DNA from: Thermoplasmatota archaeon
Lineage (GTDB): Archaea; Thermoplasmatota; JAKEGO01
Length of the DNA stretch: 64,000 nt
NCBI GenBank assembly: GCA_028279595.1
Contig: JANQNK010000003.1
Span: forward strand, 224,001 to 288,000
Reading direction: 5' to 3'
The notes under the pieces are model-generated. The model was not told the origin of the DNA and ran no database searches. It saw only the letters and a list, made by a program, of their open reading frames with translations. Of this stretch, positions 27,501 through 39,100 are shown piece by piece (the stretch's first letter is position 1; each line of letters opens with the position of its first letter). Made by a program: the position numbers and the translations under genes.

Positions 27501-30500
27501 AACTACTACTGGTACGTCGAGGTCGGGTCGTTCATCAACATGACCGGGACGACGACATACTTCGACGGCGATCCGAGCAGTTTCCTCTATGTCTATTCCC
27601 CAGTGTTCAGCTTCTACCGCCTCATCATCGCGAAGGACAGCGTATACGCCATGACCATCGGGAGCATCCACACTCAACTAGTGGTGGTGAAGGACAACCT
27701 CACGGTGAACATGGGCGGCTACGAGGACCCGGTGAACGTCAGGGGAGACCTGTTCGTGGGCGGTCATCTCGAGGTCAGGGAAGGCGTGATGCACTTCTAC
27801 GACGAGAGCAACACGAGGGTCAAGAGGGGCATGTACATCAATGGCGATGGTTCATCGAAGTTCGGTCATGCGATCGGTGGCGCGAACCTCGACATAGGCG
27901 GGGAGCTCTCCATCGCGGGTTACGGTATGCACTTCAACGACACCGGAGGGAACGTGACAGTGGGCTGCACCACGTGGATCGATTCCGTCCTCGGCTTCAA
28001 CGCCGAGAACGGGAACGTCACGACGTTCTCGACATACGAGATCGAGGTGAATGGTACTGGTATCCTTTACGTCGCATCCAACGAGACCTACATCTCCACC
28101 GACCTGGACATCAGCTATTCCGGGACGATCCGGGTCGAGGACGAGGCGAAGCCGAGGTTCACTGTGCGCGATGACTGGCACTCCGGCGGCGGGACCTTCC
28201 AGTCCGGCATGAGTGAGGTCTGGTTCGAGGGGGACCTCTACCAGTACATCTCACCCGAGCGGTTCTGGATCGTCGTGATCAATAAGACCGACTTCAACGC
28301 CTATCCATCCGGAGCGAACCTGACCATCAAGTCTTGCCTCTTCGTCCTCCAGGGGGTCTACGATGCATGGTTGCACACGACCCACGTCAACATGTCATCG
28401 CCTGGATTCCTCTACAACGGGACCTACTACACAGGTTTCGTCAACTACGGCGGAGTCCTCAGGATGACCAATACCCAGAGCGTCATGGACATCAACGGTC
28501 CAACGGTTTGGGGTCCGATGAGCCAGGACGACATCCAGGATGGGGAGATGTACTGCAACGGTTCCTGGAACTTCACGGCCGGTTCCCAGGCGAGCCTCGA
28601 CAACATCACCGTGACGTTCGACGGGAACAACTACGACACGTACTTCAACTGGGTGACCGTCCAGTCCCACAGCACGATGAGCTACTTCACGGACCTCGTC
28701 CTGTCGAGGGATTCGGGACAGGGGGTCGCTCTCGATCATCCTTCGACAGTACCCCTTCTGGTGGAGGGGGATATCGTCTCAAGTGGCAATTTCGCAGTCC
28801 TCCATTCGACCATGAACGTCACTGGCAGCTGGAACCAGACTGCAGGGCTCCTCATGGTGAACACGGAATTCTGGAACGTGGTCGGAACGACCCACCTGTT
28901 CATCGGCGGTGATCTGTACGTTCAATCCGGTGCTACCCTCTATTACCAATCCAATTACTTCAACAGCACCATAGAATGTGCGGACCTGGTGATAAATGGA
29001 ACTCTCACGGTCTCCTCGATGCTACACCAGAACTGGCTGAACGCGAGCGGGTCATCGGTCATCAGCGGGATCGCCAACATATTCGGTCTCGGAGCCTGGA
29101 ACACAGGCGGAACACTGACCATCGCCACGGGAGCCTCAGTCTACGTTTCCGGAAACAGATACCACATCAATGCATCACTATCCGTGATTCTGCAAAGCGG
29201 TACCAACACAAGGCTCTACTCCGACGGCGTACACCTGAGGGCGGGAGCCTATTTCTCCCTCTTCGGCACGCTAGACTGCGATGGCTTTACCCCCGAGATA
29301 CATGTCGGCGCCGACTGGTCGTCCAGTCCGGGAGCCACCTTCGATCCGGGAGAGAGCACGGTCTTCTTCGAGGGCACTGGTGTAAGCACTACCATCGACA
29401 ACACCGAGAGGTTCCACAACATCCACGTCGACATCGTATCAAGGAACCTCACCCTCGTGACGGGCGACATATCATGTCACGACCTGAACCTGACCTCGGG
29501 GACGATCGAGCTCGACGATCACAGCCTGACGGTCCGAAACGACTTCTTCGGTCACGATAGGTTCGAGATGGACGGCGATATCTGGTTCAACGTCAGCGGC
29601 AACGTCAACTGGCACAACGGGAGTGTTGCTGATATCATCCGGGGCTCCTGCATCGTTTCCGAGGACCTCTTGATAGATAACGGAGCAGACGTAACCTACG
29701 GACCATCGTCACTCCTGAGGTTCAACAGCAGCAGAACGAGCCGATGGTTGAACAACGATCCAGGATCGGACTTCGGCGATGTCGAGATCAACAAATCGAG
29801 CCGTCTGTATGCCGTCCGGGGCTATACGATATACATGGACAGCCTCGCTGTCAACAACAAGGGATCCCAACTCCAGATACACCTGCAAACGCAACGCATC
29901 GTCGTTGATGGAGACCTTGAACTCATACGGGGAACACTCAACCCGCACACTAATTCGAATGTCACAGTGAACGGGACATTGACATGCCATAATCGATCAT
30001 TCCTCGATCTCGAATGGACAACCCTCAATGCAGATACCCTCATCATCGATGGGAAGATGTACCTCAATGGTACTTCAGGCGATGTCTGGGTCGGTGGCTC
30101 TGCATACATCCCGGGAAGCGAGATCATTTGGAACAGGGTCTCCGATATGATCGTCCTTGGTGATATGTGGGTCAACATCACGGGCATCGTGAACATGAGT
30201 GCCTCCTCCGGCTACCTCGAGATATTCGGGGACCTCAACATATACGGCCTCGTCGATCTGTCCAACGATTACGCCACCCTGACCGTGCATGGAGACCTGC
30301 AGGTCTGGCCACTTGGCGGCGGGACACTCAGAGTAAGGGACAATGCGGAACCGGATATCTATCTGTACGGTCACTTCAACGGCCTCGGACCGGCCTCTGT
30401 CTTCGAACCAGGCCATTCGGTATTCCATCTGATGGGCCCCAACTATCAGAGCCTCGAGGACCGGTTCGATTACTGGGGCGTCGTGGTCGAGAAGAACGGC

Positions 30501-32903
30501 TCATACGCGCGGTTCGAGGGGAACCCGGGAAACACCGCCCACATCCGATCGTTCCTTGTGATCGAGACGGGAACGTTCAACCTGATGGACGCTTCTGTCA
30601 TGGTCAATTCCAGCGGCAGCGGTCACTCGATATGGCCAGACTCCTTCGTGGGTTTCGCGAACTACGGTGGATACTTCGTCATGTCGAACGAGAACGGGTC
30701 CCTGGATGTCAATGGACCCGTCTACTGGGGCGATACCTCCACCGAATACATCACTGATGGCGACATCCACGTATCTGGCAATTGGCACATAGAGAGCGGA
30801 GCCCTCATGACCCTGACCGACAAGAACCATGTGCATTTCGATGGGAACGAGTCTGCGATGTACTACGGATACGCCAACGGCTCCCAGTTCCGGAACGTCA
30901 CCGTCGAGAAGGACCCGACCCTTGCCCTGACCTTCGGGGGCGGGATCATGAACGTCACCCACACATTGACGATCGATTCGACGGCTGGTATCGACGTCTG
31001 GAACTCGACCCTCGAGGCATTCGGCATCGTCCACGACGATGGCGAGTTGAACGTCTCAGGACCTGACGGAGAGCTGTACGTCTGGGACACCATCGCGATG
31101 GACAGTACCTCTACTCTGTCCATGAGCAACGATTCCTATGCCTACATCAAGGACTTCACGGGAATGGGCACGATCTGGCTCGGGAACAGGACGAACCTGA
31201 CGATAGTGGACGATCTGTGGATGCCCACCGGAACCCTGAATCCAGGGAGGTCCGTCGTACACTTCACGGGAGGAGCAGCCACGAGCATCGATATCGGTGG
31301 GTCCTTCCACGACCTCACCGCGGATAAATCCGGGATAACCCAGGTCGGTCTGAACGACGAGACCTTCATCGAGGGCGACCTGACTATACTGATGGCCGCC
31401 TTCTACCCGCAGGCTCACAACATCCACATCGGCGGCGACTTCTACTGCTCACCCTCCGCGTGGTTCGCCCAGGCCTCATCCGATCCGGGAGAGGTGATAT
31501 TCAATGGCATGAAGGTCCAGTACCTCAGGTCCGGCGGAACGAACTCCAACCACGACTTCCAGAACATCACGGTCAAGGGAACCGGCACCGAGGTCCGTGT
31601 CGTCGATCACTCGATGTCGATAACTGACAGACTGACGATCGGGAGCGGGACCGAGTTCAGGTTCGCCGCTGACAACGAGACGTTCTACACCGGATCCGGC
31701 GGCGTGATCAATGATGGCGTGTTCAGGGTCATCTCAGACCACGGTCCCATCGATTTCGAGGTCTATGCAGGAAGCGACATCATCAACAACGGGTCGATGC
31801 ACCTCGTGGATGCGTCATGGACAAGAGCAATTCATGTCTACTCCTCGTCACCGGGGACGCAGTGGAACCTGATCGACAACACCGCCTCCAAATCGGTTCC
31901 GAACGTCTTCCACGCGAACGTCTCGGACTCCGACGCCACAGGTGGGAACACCATCTATGCTGGCAGCGGGTACAACCATGACGACGGGAACAACGACAAC
32001 TGGGTGTTCAGCGCCCGCATCAACCTCTGGTTCCACGACAACGACGGATACTCGATGAACCTCACCGTTTACAGGTTCGACAGTCCGGTGACCATCTCCG
32101 GGACCACCGGAATCTGGGACTGGGCCGACGAGAACAGAACCGCCACGCTCCAGGATGAGTACGTCATCACCACGAACGAGGAGAGGTACTACACCGAGGA
32201 CACCACATCATGGACGGTGACGTCCGAGATCAACGCGGACGTATACTACTACCGACAATGGAGGCCGTCGATCACGCTCGACGGGACCGACACCAGTCAC
32301 ACGGTCGGAGCATACTACACCGCTCTAGGCGGTACTACCAGCCAATCCAGCCAACACACCTCATGGTCGAGGTGGGTCGACAACGGCACTGCGCTGAGCT
32401 TTGACAAGGACGCCTCCGGGACGCCGGCTAGACATACAAGCGAAGACTTCAGTGCGTCCCCGTGGGACCCCGTTGGCTCTGCGTTCACGCGGACCGTTTC
32501 CTATTCAGGGAACGACGTGCCGGAGCTCTACAACGGATCGATGGACCCGTCCGGAGGGAACGTCACGACCATGTTCAACTTCACGGTCGAGTACTGGGAC
32601 GCGGACAACGACACGCCTTTGTTCGTCTATGTGAACATCGACGGGACGAACTACAGCATGGACAAGGTCGACTCAGGCGATAACGACTACACTGACGGCT
32701 GCGAATACTACTACGAGACCCTTCTGTCTGGCGGAGACCACGACTACTACTTCATCTGCAACGACTCGTATGCAACGAACCAGACATCTACAGAGAACAC
32801 CGGTACGATCATTCCCGAGTTCGGGATCCTGCCAGTGATGATCTCGATGATGGCCGTTGGCGCAGCAATATCCTGGAGGCGGAGGAGAAAGGGTCTCCGA
32901 TGA
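24501..32903 (+). CDS. Giant secreted beta-solenoid surface glycoprotein with PEF(G)-CTERM tail (paralog A, about 2800 aa)
   Basis: GGTGA SD then MKRAITICLLAVAFLAVVAMFMPGAEA signal peptide, WTG...W...NW.P.GVP cap, recurring ~360-aa beta-rich modules, many N-x-S/T sequons, C-terminal IIPEFG-TM-WRRRRK. Confidence 0.88.
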   Translation: MKRAITICLLAVAFLAVVAMFMPGAEAVNRTWTGSTNTAWANGNNWNPTGVPSSSDHVFIPNVANDPVISVDAETNNLRLNASAHLSVDGATLDVNGETYTVSGSEIDLTNNATIVHFRGIVHAYGAVNCSDSTTTVHCHDSFYMHNNYISGLSTIYAEGSGSYYFYQGGATKDYYDFVVNGSSTDARMSAPWSVVKNNLTVADGVFDPYARTTLIRGNLIVDGELEMSRAADEIIVKGDIHFNNGSTTDVSTGVLSCWGEWYIRDTAEMQFTGSHESIMNGSTMTWHTMECHSPDSHFNMLSIEKTGNNVELAGTEPVNVTDDLRIEMSVQNQIFDVYHGGLVVHGDVAVNRGGFEFWGVGVADVMGNVTVATVGKIRFENVGRLNVGRNLTLNGDLFFSHTNGGTTSVDGITWIQNGGQIVYNSQFGEFLAGGAIYLNNTCSIDMSAGNAYLNQTLNSFFYVRDLVNLRNDDARLNIGHMWITGGGHVNCHGYSPEIGVKNHWYDYGTFTHGTSTVTFTETWTFLYNEFAFWNVVVDKLWKMQLSDDTTINGTLVVDGGTLDIYDESLRVNGSGPLNYGGTDYTGLVVLDGAIEMDDAADFIEVNSDVYWGADSTAIITNGTINCTGNWTFASGSDVNLTGRNTVNLNGSVNLVFSGDLDRYLWTNSTSSSFNHLNITGWGTIFGDEVVTWIDGTETVVVDGHLSKFGRGGDVIMGSSAFEVWGNVNISEGLIWLDGPGSIDVHGDLFVYDDIGGVSDDGTLWLGANATKTGEGTVDVAGRFWTSGRVSFRGLGGNLTVAEYLTIASMGGLEFVGTAGNISTHTIYKEGGSGFAIYSNDTTIDVHDLIVNTSMVVGKRKTPTFLISGDFDWAGSLWIEPGHSEFRLDGTGSQTMDSGFTYWGVVIDKPSGDADWDGHIFVESYFAVHRGGFELDNKVLRVYGNGTTADGYSRGTGLFRGFIVEDAYFNMTTANANLWVRTVYLFSGSKGNFSDGQIHCNYYWYVEVGSFINMTGTTTYFDGDPSSFLYVYSPVFSFYRLIIAKDSVYAMTIGSIHTQLVVVKDNLTVNMGGYEDPVNVRGDLFVGGHLEVREGVMHFYDESNTRVKRGMYINGDGSSKFGHAIGGANLDIGGELSIAGYGMHFNDTGGNVTVGCTTWIDSVLGFNAENGNVTTFSTYEIEVNGTGILYVASNETYISTDLDISYSGTIRVEDEAKPRFTVRDDWHSGGGTFQSGMSEVWFEGDLYQYISPERFWIVVINKTDFNAYPSGANLTIKSCLFVLQGVYDAWLHTTHVNMSSPGFLYNGTYYTGFVNYGGVLRMTNTQSVMDINGPTVWGPMSQDDIQDGEMYCNGSWNFTAGSQASLDNITVTFDGNNYDTYFNWVTVQSHSTMSYFTDLVLSRDSGQGVALDHPSTVPLLVEGDIVSSGNFAVLHSTMNVTGSWNQTAGLLMVNTEFWNVVGTTHLFIGGDLYVQSGATLYYQSNYFNSTIECADLVINGTLTVSSMLHQNWLNASGSSVISGIANIFGLGAWNTGGTLTIATGASVYVSGNRYHINASLSVILQSGTNTRLYSDGVHLRAGAYFSLFGTLDCDGFTPEIHVGADWSSSPGATFDPGESTVFFEGTGVSTTIDNTERFHNIHVDIVSRNLTLVTGDISCHDLNLTSGTIELDDHSLTVRNDFFGHDRFEMDGDIWFNVSGNVNWHNGSVADIIRGSCIVSEDLLIDNGADVTYGPSSLLRFNSSRTSRWLNNDPGSDFGDVEINKSSRLYAVRGYTIYMDSLAVNNKGSQLQIHLQTQRIVVDGDLELIRGTLNPHTNSNVTVNGTLTCHNRSFLDLEWTTLNADTLIIDGKMYLNGTSGDVWVGGSAYIPGSEIIWNRVSDMIVLGDMWVNITGIVNMSASSGYLEIFGDLNIYGLVDLSNDYATLTVHGDLQVWPLGGGTLRVRDNAEPDIYLYGHFNGLGPASVFEPGHSVFHLMGPNYQSLEDRFDYWGVVVEKNGSYARFEGNPGNTAHIRSFLVIETGTFNLMDASVMVNSSGSGHSIWPDSFVGFANYGGYFVMSNENGSLDVNGPVYWGDTSTEYITDGDIHVSGNWHIESGALMTLTDKNHVHFDGNESAMYYGYANGSQFRNVTVEKDPTLALTFGGGIMNVTHTLTIDSTAGIDVWNSTLEAFGIVHDDGELNVSGPDGELYVWDTIAMDSTSTLSMSNDSYAYIKDFTGMGTIWLGNRTNLTIVDDLWMPTGTLNPGRSVVHFTGGAATSIDIGGSFHDLTADKSGITQVGLNDETFIEGDLTILMAAFYPQAHNIHIGGDFYCSPSAWFAQASSDPGEVIFNGMKVQYLRSGGTNSNHDFQNITVKGTGTEVRVVDHSMSITDRLTIGSGTEFRFAADNETFYTGSGGVINDGVFRVISDHGPIDFEVYAGSDIINNGSMHLVDASWTRAIHVYSSSPGTQWNLIDNTASKSVPNVFHANVSDSDATGGNTIYAGSGYNHDDGNNDNWVFSARINLWFHDNDGYSMNLTVYRFDSPVTISGTTGIWDWADENRTATLQDEYVITTNEERYYTEDTTSWTVTSEINADVYYYRQWRPSITLDGTDTSHTVGAYYTALGGTTSQSSQHTSWSRWVDNGTALSFDKDASGTPARHTSEDFSASPWDPVGSAFTRTVSYSGNDVPELYNGSMDPSGGNVTTMFNFTVEYWDADNDTPLFVYVNIDGTNYSMDKVDSGDNDYTDGCEYYYETLLSGGDHDYYFICNDSYATNQTSTENTGTIIPEFGILPVMISMMAVGAAISWRRRRKGLR
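32511..32903 (+). repeat. Shared C-terminal Ig-like stalk + PEFG-CTERM module (further copies start at 39995, 45262 and 46940)
   Basis: N..PEL.NG..DP..GN..T..NFTV.Y.D...D.P.FVY.NIDGTN..M.K...GDHDYYF...TGT..PEFG occurs in four consecutive genes. 32 nt are identical between 32736-32767 and 45487-45518. Confidence 0.9.
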
Positions 32904-32917
32904 GGTCGTGTCGGTCC

Positions 32918-33002
32918 CGAGCTCGTCCGTTCTGATCTCAACGAATCTGCTGCACCTATTTCGGGGTAAACCGCAGATCCGTCTGGATCGGACATGAGTT
33001 CG
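32918..33002. other. Long imperfect inverted repeat/stem-loop downstream of paralog A
   Basis: Nested pairings: CGAGCTCGT/ATGAGTTCG, TCTGATC/GATCGGA, ACGAATCTGC/GCAGATCCGT, ACCT/GGGT. Confidence 0.5.
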
Positions 33003-33091
33003 TCAGGCCAACGAGGTCTTAAGTGTCCGATCTCTCCCACCCGCCCATCGTGACCCGTGCAGGTGAGAGTCCATCGACGTTGTGTCCAGTC

Positions 33092-33109
33092 TATAACAGT
33101 TATATAACT
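33092..33109 (+). promoter_or_regulatory. TATA region of paralog B overlapped by the palindrome TATAACAGTTATA
   Basis: Sequence CTATAACAGTTATATAACT; a related motif occurs at 57602-57639. Confidence 0.55.
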
Positions 33110-33181
33110 TCGAATCGATACCCATCCAGGTGACCGTCGGGTGGTCTGGGGTATCGCCCGGTCGGTTGAACGGGTGATGAT

Positions 33182-36100
33182 ATGAGGATGCTCAGAGCGA
33201 TATTGTGCTTGATGCTTGTTCTAGCAGTCGTTGTAGTGCTGGCCCCTATGAGTGCTGAGGCAGAGACCAAGGTCTGGACCGGTTCCACCAACACGGCCTG
33301 GGCCCAGGGGAACAACTGGAATCCGACGGGGGTGCCGGGTTCGACGGACGTGGTGTACATCCCGGACGTGTCGAACGATCCGGTGGTCCAGGCAGACGCC
33401 ACGGTCAAGATGGTCCAGATCAACGACTCGGCGGTGCTGACCATCGACGGGGCGACGTTCAATGTGACCAACCGGATCATCATCAAGAGCGATGTGGCGG
33501 ACGGCTCTCTCGAACTGTCGAACGACCTCAACGGTGTCAACGTCGAGAGCATATACAACTACGGGTCCATACTCGTCAATTCCGGGAGGACCCCGATGGT
33601 GAACCTCAGCCATCTCTATTCCTACAGTGGATCGACGATCAAGAGCGGGTTCTCGACCTTCACCTTCGTGGGAGCGGGTAACAACACTGCATACATGGAC
33701 GTTATCGATCCACTCTACAACGTCATTATCGACGCGCCCACTGCAACTCTCATGATGAACGGGACCTATGGCCTGGACGCCGATGGTCAATTTCGAATAA
33801 TCGACGGCAAGCTGGACCCCACAGGGAAGGAGATGGTCGTCTCATATCTCTACTGTTACGATGAGATAGAGATGGAGACCGGCGACTGGCTCCATGTGAC
33901 AGGAGATGCCAACTTCTACAACGGCTCGTACCTGCACGGAGACAACGGGACCCTGACGATCGATGACGACCTCTACATCGGCAGGGGCTCGACGATCGAG
34001 CTCGAGGGCTCCCACCATTTCAATATCACCGAGTTCCACTGGGGCTCGAACCTCAACCTCCATGAGGATTCAGCCCAATTCAACGATGTGACGATCGACA
34101 AGGGATACGGACACGTCGCTCTGAACACCAACATGACGATCAACGGGACCCTCACCGTCTCTCGCGGGGTCTTCAAGGTTATCGATGTGGATTCCCTCTC
34201 GGTCAGGTATCTTGTTGTACATTCCAACGGCCACGTCCAGCAGTCACGGGATTCGAACGTCACGGTTACGGAAGATGTCTCCCTCTACTCCGGGAGCAGA
34301 TATGAGCTCGGTAACGGCACGAACGACTGGCACGGCGGAAGCCTCGCCATCGGGAGGGACATCGACATCAGCGGTCGTCTCTGGCTCTTCGGGAGGGGTG
34401 GTGAGATCGTCCTTACCCGTCACATGCGAATATATGGTTCCGGAAACCTGACGTTCTATGGAGGGAACCTCACGACCGTTGGTCCTTCCTCCGGTGCATA
34501 CACGTACGGAGGCAGCGATACCTACATCCATTCCTCCAACACGACCATCACATTCGACACCTACACCCATTACGCCGGATGCAGATGGTGGGTCAACCGA
34601 TCGGCAAGCCCGACCATCGTATTCAAGAGCTACATATACAACGCCGGAACGGTGACCGCCTACACTCCAGGCCTCAGCACGATCGTTGCCTATGGTAACT
34701 ATGTCGCATCGAACCTGGACTCCGACATCCCCGTCCGGAACCTCGTCATAAACAAGACCTCAGGTCACTTCAAGCCCTCGTACGGGCCTGGAACGTTGAA
34801 CATCAGCGGATCCCTACTGCTCATCGACGGAGAGCTCGACATCAGGGGTGAGGAAGGTTACAACATAGTCGTCAACGGTTCGGATGGCATCATGCACGAA
34901 GGCCAAATGTATCGTGGGTTCGCCAACATCGGAGGGGAGCTGCTCATGGAGACCTGGAACGACTCGCTCGAGGTCTCGGGCGGTGTCTACTGGGGTCCAG
35001 ACAGCGAGGCGACCGTTGACACAGGATGGATCCACTGCCGTGGGAACTGGACCTTCGCAGCCGGATCGAGCATCAACCTCACCGGCAATAACACGGTCCG
35101 TTTCTTCGGCGGGATGATGGGATACAGCTACCAGCTGTGGATGAACTCGTCGGCCTCAAGCTTCTGCAACGTGCTACATGGCATGGGGATGACGTCAAGC
35201 TTTGTCAATGGGACCGTACCGATGGTCATCGATAACAATTTGACCTTTACCAGCCTCAACGCCATGTTCGTCGAGGATGGCGCCGAACTGATCGTGTGGG
35301 GAGACGCCAACGTCACTTCGATCCTCTACGTGAACGAGGGAGGTGATGTCTACATCCACGGGAACCTCACTGTAGCAGGGGGACCAGGGCGACTCGACTT
35401 CGGCCTCAACTCCACCTCGGACTATGGGGGTTCTCTGCACGTAAACGGGTGGATGTCGGTCTGGAATCCCGTCAACTTCTACATGGACGGCGGGAATCTC
35501 ACCGTCGATGGGAACGCAACGATACATCGTACTGGATACATCATGTTCAAGACCCATGGTGGGAACATGAGCGCGGGGAACATCTCCATCAATGATGGAG
35601 GTGCTTTAAGGATCTACACTACCAATACGACCATCGACACCGCCCAGTTGAGGAGCTACGGCGAACTCAACATCAGCAACAGTGTGAGACCTGTCCTGCG
35701 TATCAGCGGACGCTTCAACTGGTTGAACGGGGACTTCAGACTGGGCCGTTCCGAGGTCAGGGCCGTGGGGACCAGCGATCAGAGGTTCGAGGACAGTCAC
35801 CCGTACTGGGGCCTCGTCATCGACAAGCCGTCCGGTAACCTTACATTCGAGGCACCGTTCCCGATCGTGGCCCAGTCGTACATCGGCGTCGCACAGGGTA
35901 CTTTAGCGGTGGGTGGTTACACGATACAATGCGAGGGCGAGGGATCCTTCGGCACCGATGGTTACGTCATTGGAGTGAATCGGTACCCTGGATTCATAAT
36001 GGACGGCGGGGTCCTGGACATGAACCACACATCGGGCGTCCTTGAGGTCGATCGGTTCCTCCGCTGGTTCGATGGGACTGCGAATGGTTCATCCGGAACG

Positions 36101-39100
36101 ATCATCACTGACGCGAGCTGGACCGTATATGCTGGCGTCGACGCCGACATCCAGTGTCCAGTTGTCATGACCTCCAATGATGTCTATGCACGTACCTTCA
36201 CGATGCACAGCTCCGATTTCACGTTCAACGACCTGATAATCAACACATCCACAAGGATGACCCAGACCAGTTACAGCAGTCATCCCATCCACGTGACGGG
36301 GGACCTGTGGATCAACAATACCGACAACTACGACGAGTTCAACATCACCAAGGGTTTGGTGGTGGACGGCGACATCAACATCCGGATCGGATCATTGGTC
36401 CTCAGCAATGGCGCCGAGGTTACCGTGGGCGGCGACGTGGAGCAGCTCCCCGCCAGGTGGAACGGATGGTTGCGTATATACAACGGTTCGATGGATATCG
36501 GCGGTTACTATCACTGCGACGGATGGGGTGTCGACGTGTCCTACCATGGCGGTTCGATGGACATCACTGGCCCTCTATGGATCGACTCTCAGCTCCCGCC
36601 TGCTGGACCTGGATTCTATGTTGGACAGAAACCGGGGTACTCGTTCGATCTGACGGCGGAGTTCATCCGGATCAATGCTACCGGATACATGAACCTGTCC
36701 TCTGACAACACGAGGATAGTAAGTCAGGCAGATCTGATCAACCATGGTTCCCTCCGTTCATGGGGCGATGCGATGCCGGATATCGTGACATACGATGACA
36801 TAGAGGGATCGGGGACCTTCAATCTCGGGCACAGTTCGATATGGTACGAGGGCGACAACGCGTTCCAGGACGTCCGCGACCTTCCCTACTGGAACCTGGT
36901 GATCAACAAGACTTCGGGAGTGGCGCGATCACAGTCCGACATCTCCGTCGAGTCCTGCCTGTTCATCATGAACGGGACCTACGACATGAACGGCTACAAG
37001 CTCTGGGTGAACAGCAGCGGGAACAGCTTCATATGGAACGGGACGCACTACAGCGGTTTCGTCAACTATGGAGGCATCCTGTTCTACCAGACCTCCGACG
37101 AGGAGCTCCACGTGAACGGACCGGTCTCATGGGGACCTGGTGTGAACCAGACCTTCGACATGGGGACGATCTACGTCAACGGCTCCTGGGAGTTCATGGC
37201 AGGGTCCCAGGTCAACCTCACGGGAACCCACCTCGTCTACTTCTGGGGTCGAAACTGGTTCGGACCGTATATCTCATGGGCGCCGATCTACTCGAACAGC
37301 ACGACGAGTTGGTTCAACGACATCACAATCGACAGGGACTTCGGTTTTGGACAGTACACTTCGGAGAAGTCAACGGAAACCGTCGTCGTCAAAGGTGACA
37401 TGGACCATGACGGTGGATTGTTCGAGATCTATGCGTCCACGATGTACGTGGTCGGGAATGTCGATAACAGGGGCCAGTCGTTCTACGTGGAAGGGACCAC
37501 GGTCTTTGGGAACGCATCCCTGACGGTCGATGGTGACTTCTACTCACAGTCCGGCTCCTCACTCAATGTCTTCGGTAGTGCATCATATGCCTGGTCAAGG
37601 ATGACCTGCAGCTATCTCTACGTGAACGGCTCACTCAATCTGAAGTCCTACTCATCGGTGCACGCTGGCGAGAACATCTGGATATCCGGCTCCATCGACT
37701 ACGACCAAGCGGGCTTCCAGTGGGCCGAGGTGATATCCGACGGGAACATATACGTCAGTTCTCCTGGCAACGTCGACATGAGCGGTATCGGGAGGTCCCA
37801 TCTCAACACGACATCGGGATTCATCGTGGTCTACAACGGAGCCACCCTCGACCTGAGGGGCAATGCCCAGGTGACCGCGTGGACCCATTTCCACCCATAC
37901 GGGACCGTCATCTGCACCGGATGGTGGCCCGAGATCAATGTCGGCAACGCTTGGTATTCCGATACCTCCGGCGACTTCAGGCCCGGCTGGAGCCAGGTCA
38001 CCTTCTTCAAGGCGGGGACGTCATACATCAAGGACACCGAGGACTTCGCAGACATAATCCTCAACAAGACCTCTGGACTCCTTTACCTCTACGATGGGGA
38101 CCTGAACTGCACGGACCTGGACATCGAGAGTGGAACCTTCGACCTCAATGGATACAACCTGACGGTCACTGACGACCTCACCGTCTGGGGGTCCCTCGAG
38201 ATGGACCACGACGGATGGATAAACGTGACACACGAGGTCAACTGGATGAACGGGAGCACCGAGGATATCACCAACGGAACGATCCAGTGCGACGGCCTGT
38301 GGTACATCGAGGACGGAGCCGACATGACCTTCGAGTACCCGGTACACGTCTACCTGAACGCGTCCACGGACGTGATCGTGGACGATCCCGACTCGTACTT
38401 CGACAACCTCACGTTCAGGCTCATGGGTGGTGGATTGACCGCTTACATCAACGGGACCGAGGCATTGAACGCCACAAGCGTGCTCAAGATCGATGACAAG
38501 GTGACCGTCCGCCTCATCGGAGGGAGCATAGAGGCCACGCAACTCTTGCTCTACTACGCAAGCGAGTTGAACGTTTCGTCGCCGGATTCGACACTCCACG
38601 TTTGGGATTATCTGTACATGGACAGCTTTACCGAACTGATGCTGGACAACGGATCCTACGCGATGGTCCAGGACTTCTTCCCGGCTCAGGACATCTACGT
38701 GATGAACGGATCGAACCTGACCGTGGTCGACGACCTCATCGGCGGCAGGATCCTCTCAAGGGATGGCGATGTGTACATCGATGATGGTGCTTCGACCTCA
38801 TTGAACACCAAGGGACGATTCCACAACCTGACGTTCGGCGGGGGAGCCTCGGTCTACGCGAGGATGTGGATAGGAGGTGACCTGCGGATACTGGGAGGAA
38901 CTGTCTACCCGCAGGACAATGACGTCGGTATCCTCGGTGATTACTATTGTTCGAAGACGGCTGCATTCCGGCCGGCGAACGGGAGCAGGTTGGTGTTCAA
39001 CGGCACAGGGAGACAGTTCATGGAGACCGGCGGTACGGACTCCAACCACGAACTCTGGGACCTGATAATCAATCACACGACACTGATAGTCCAGAACGGT

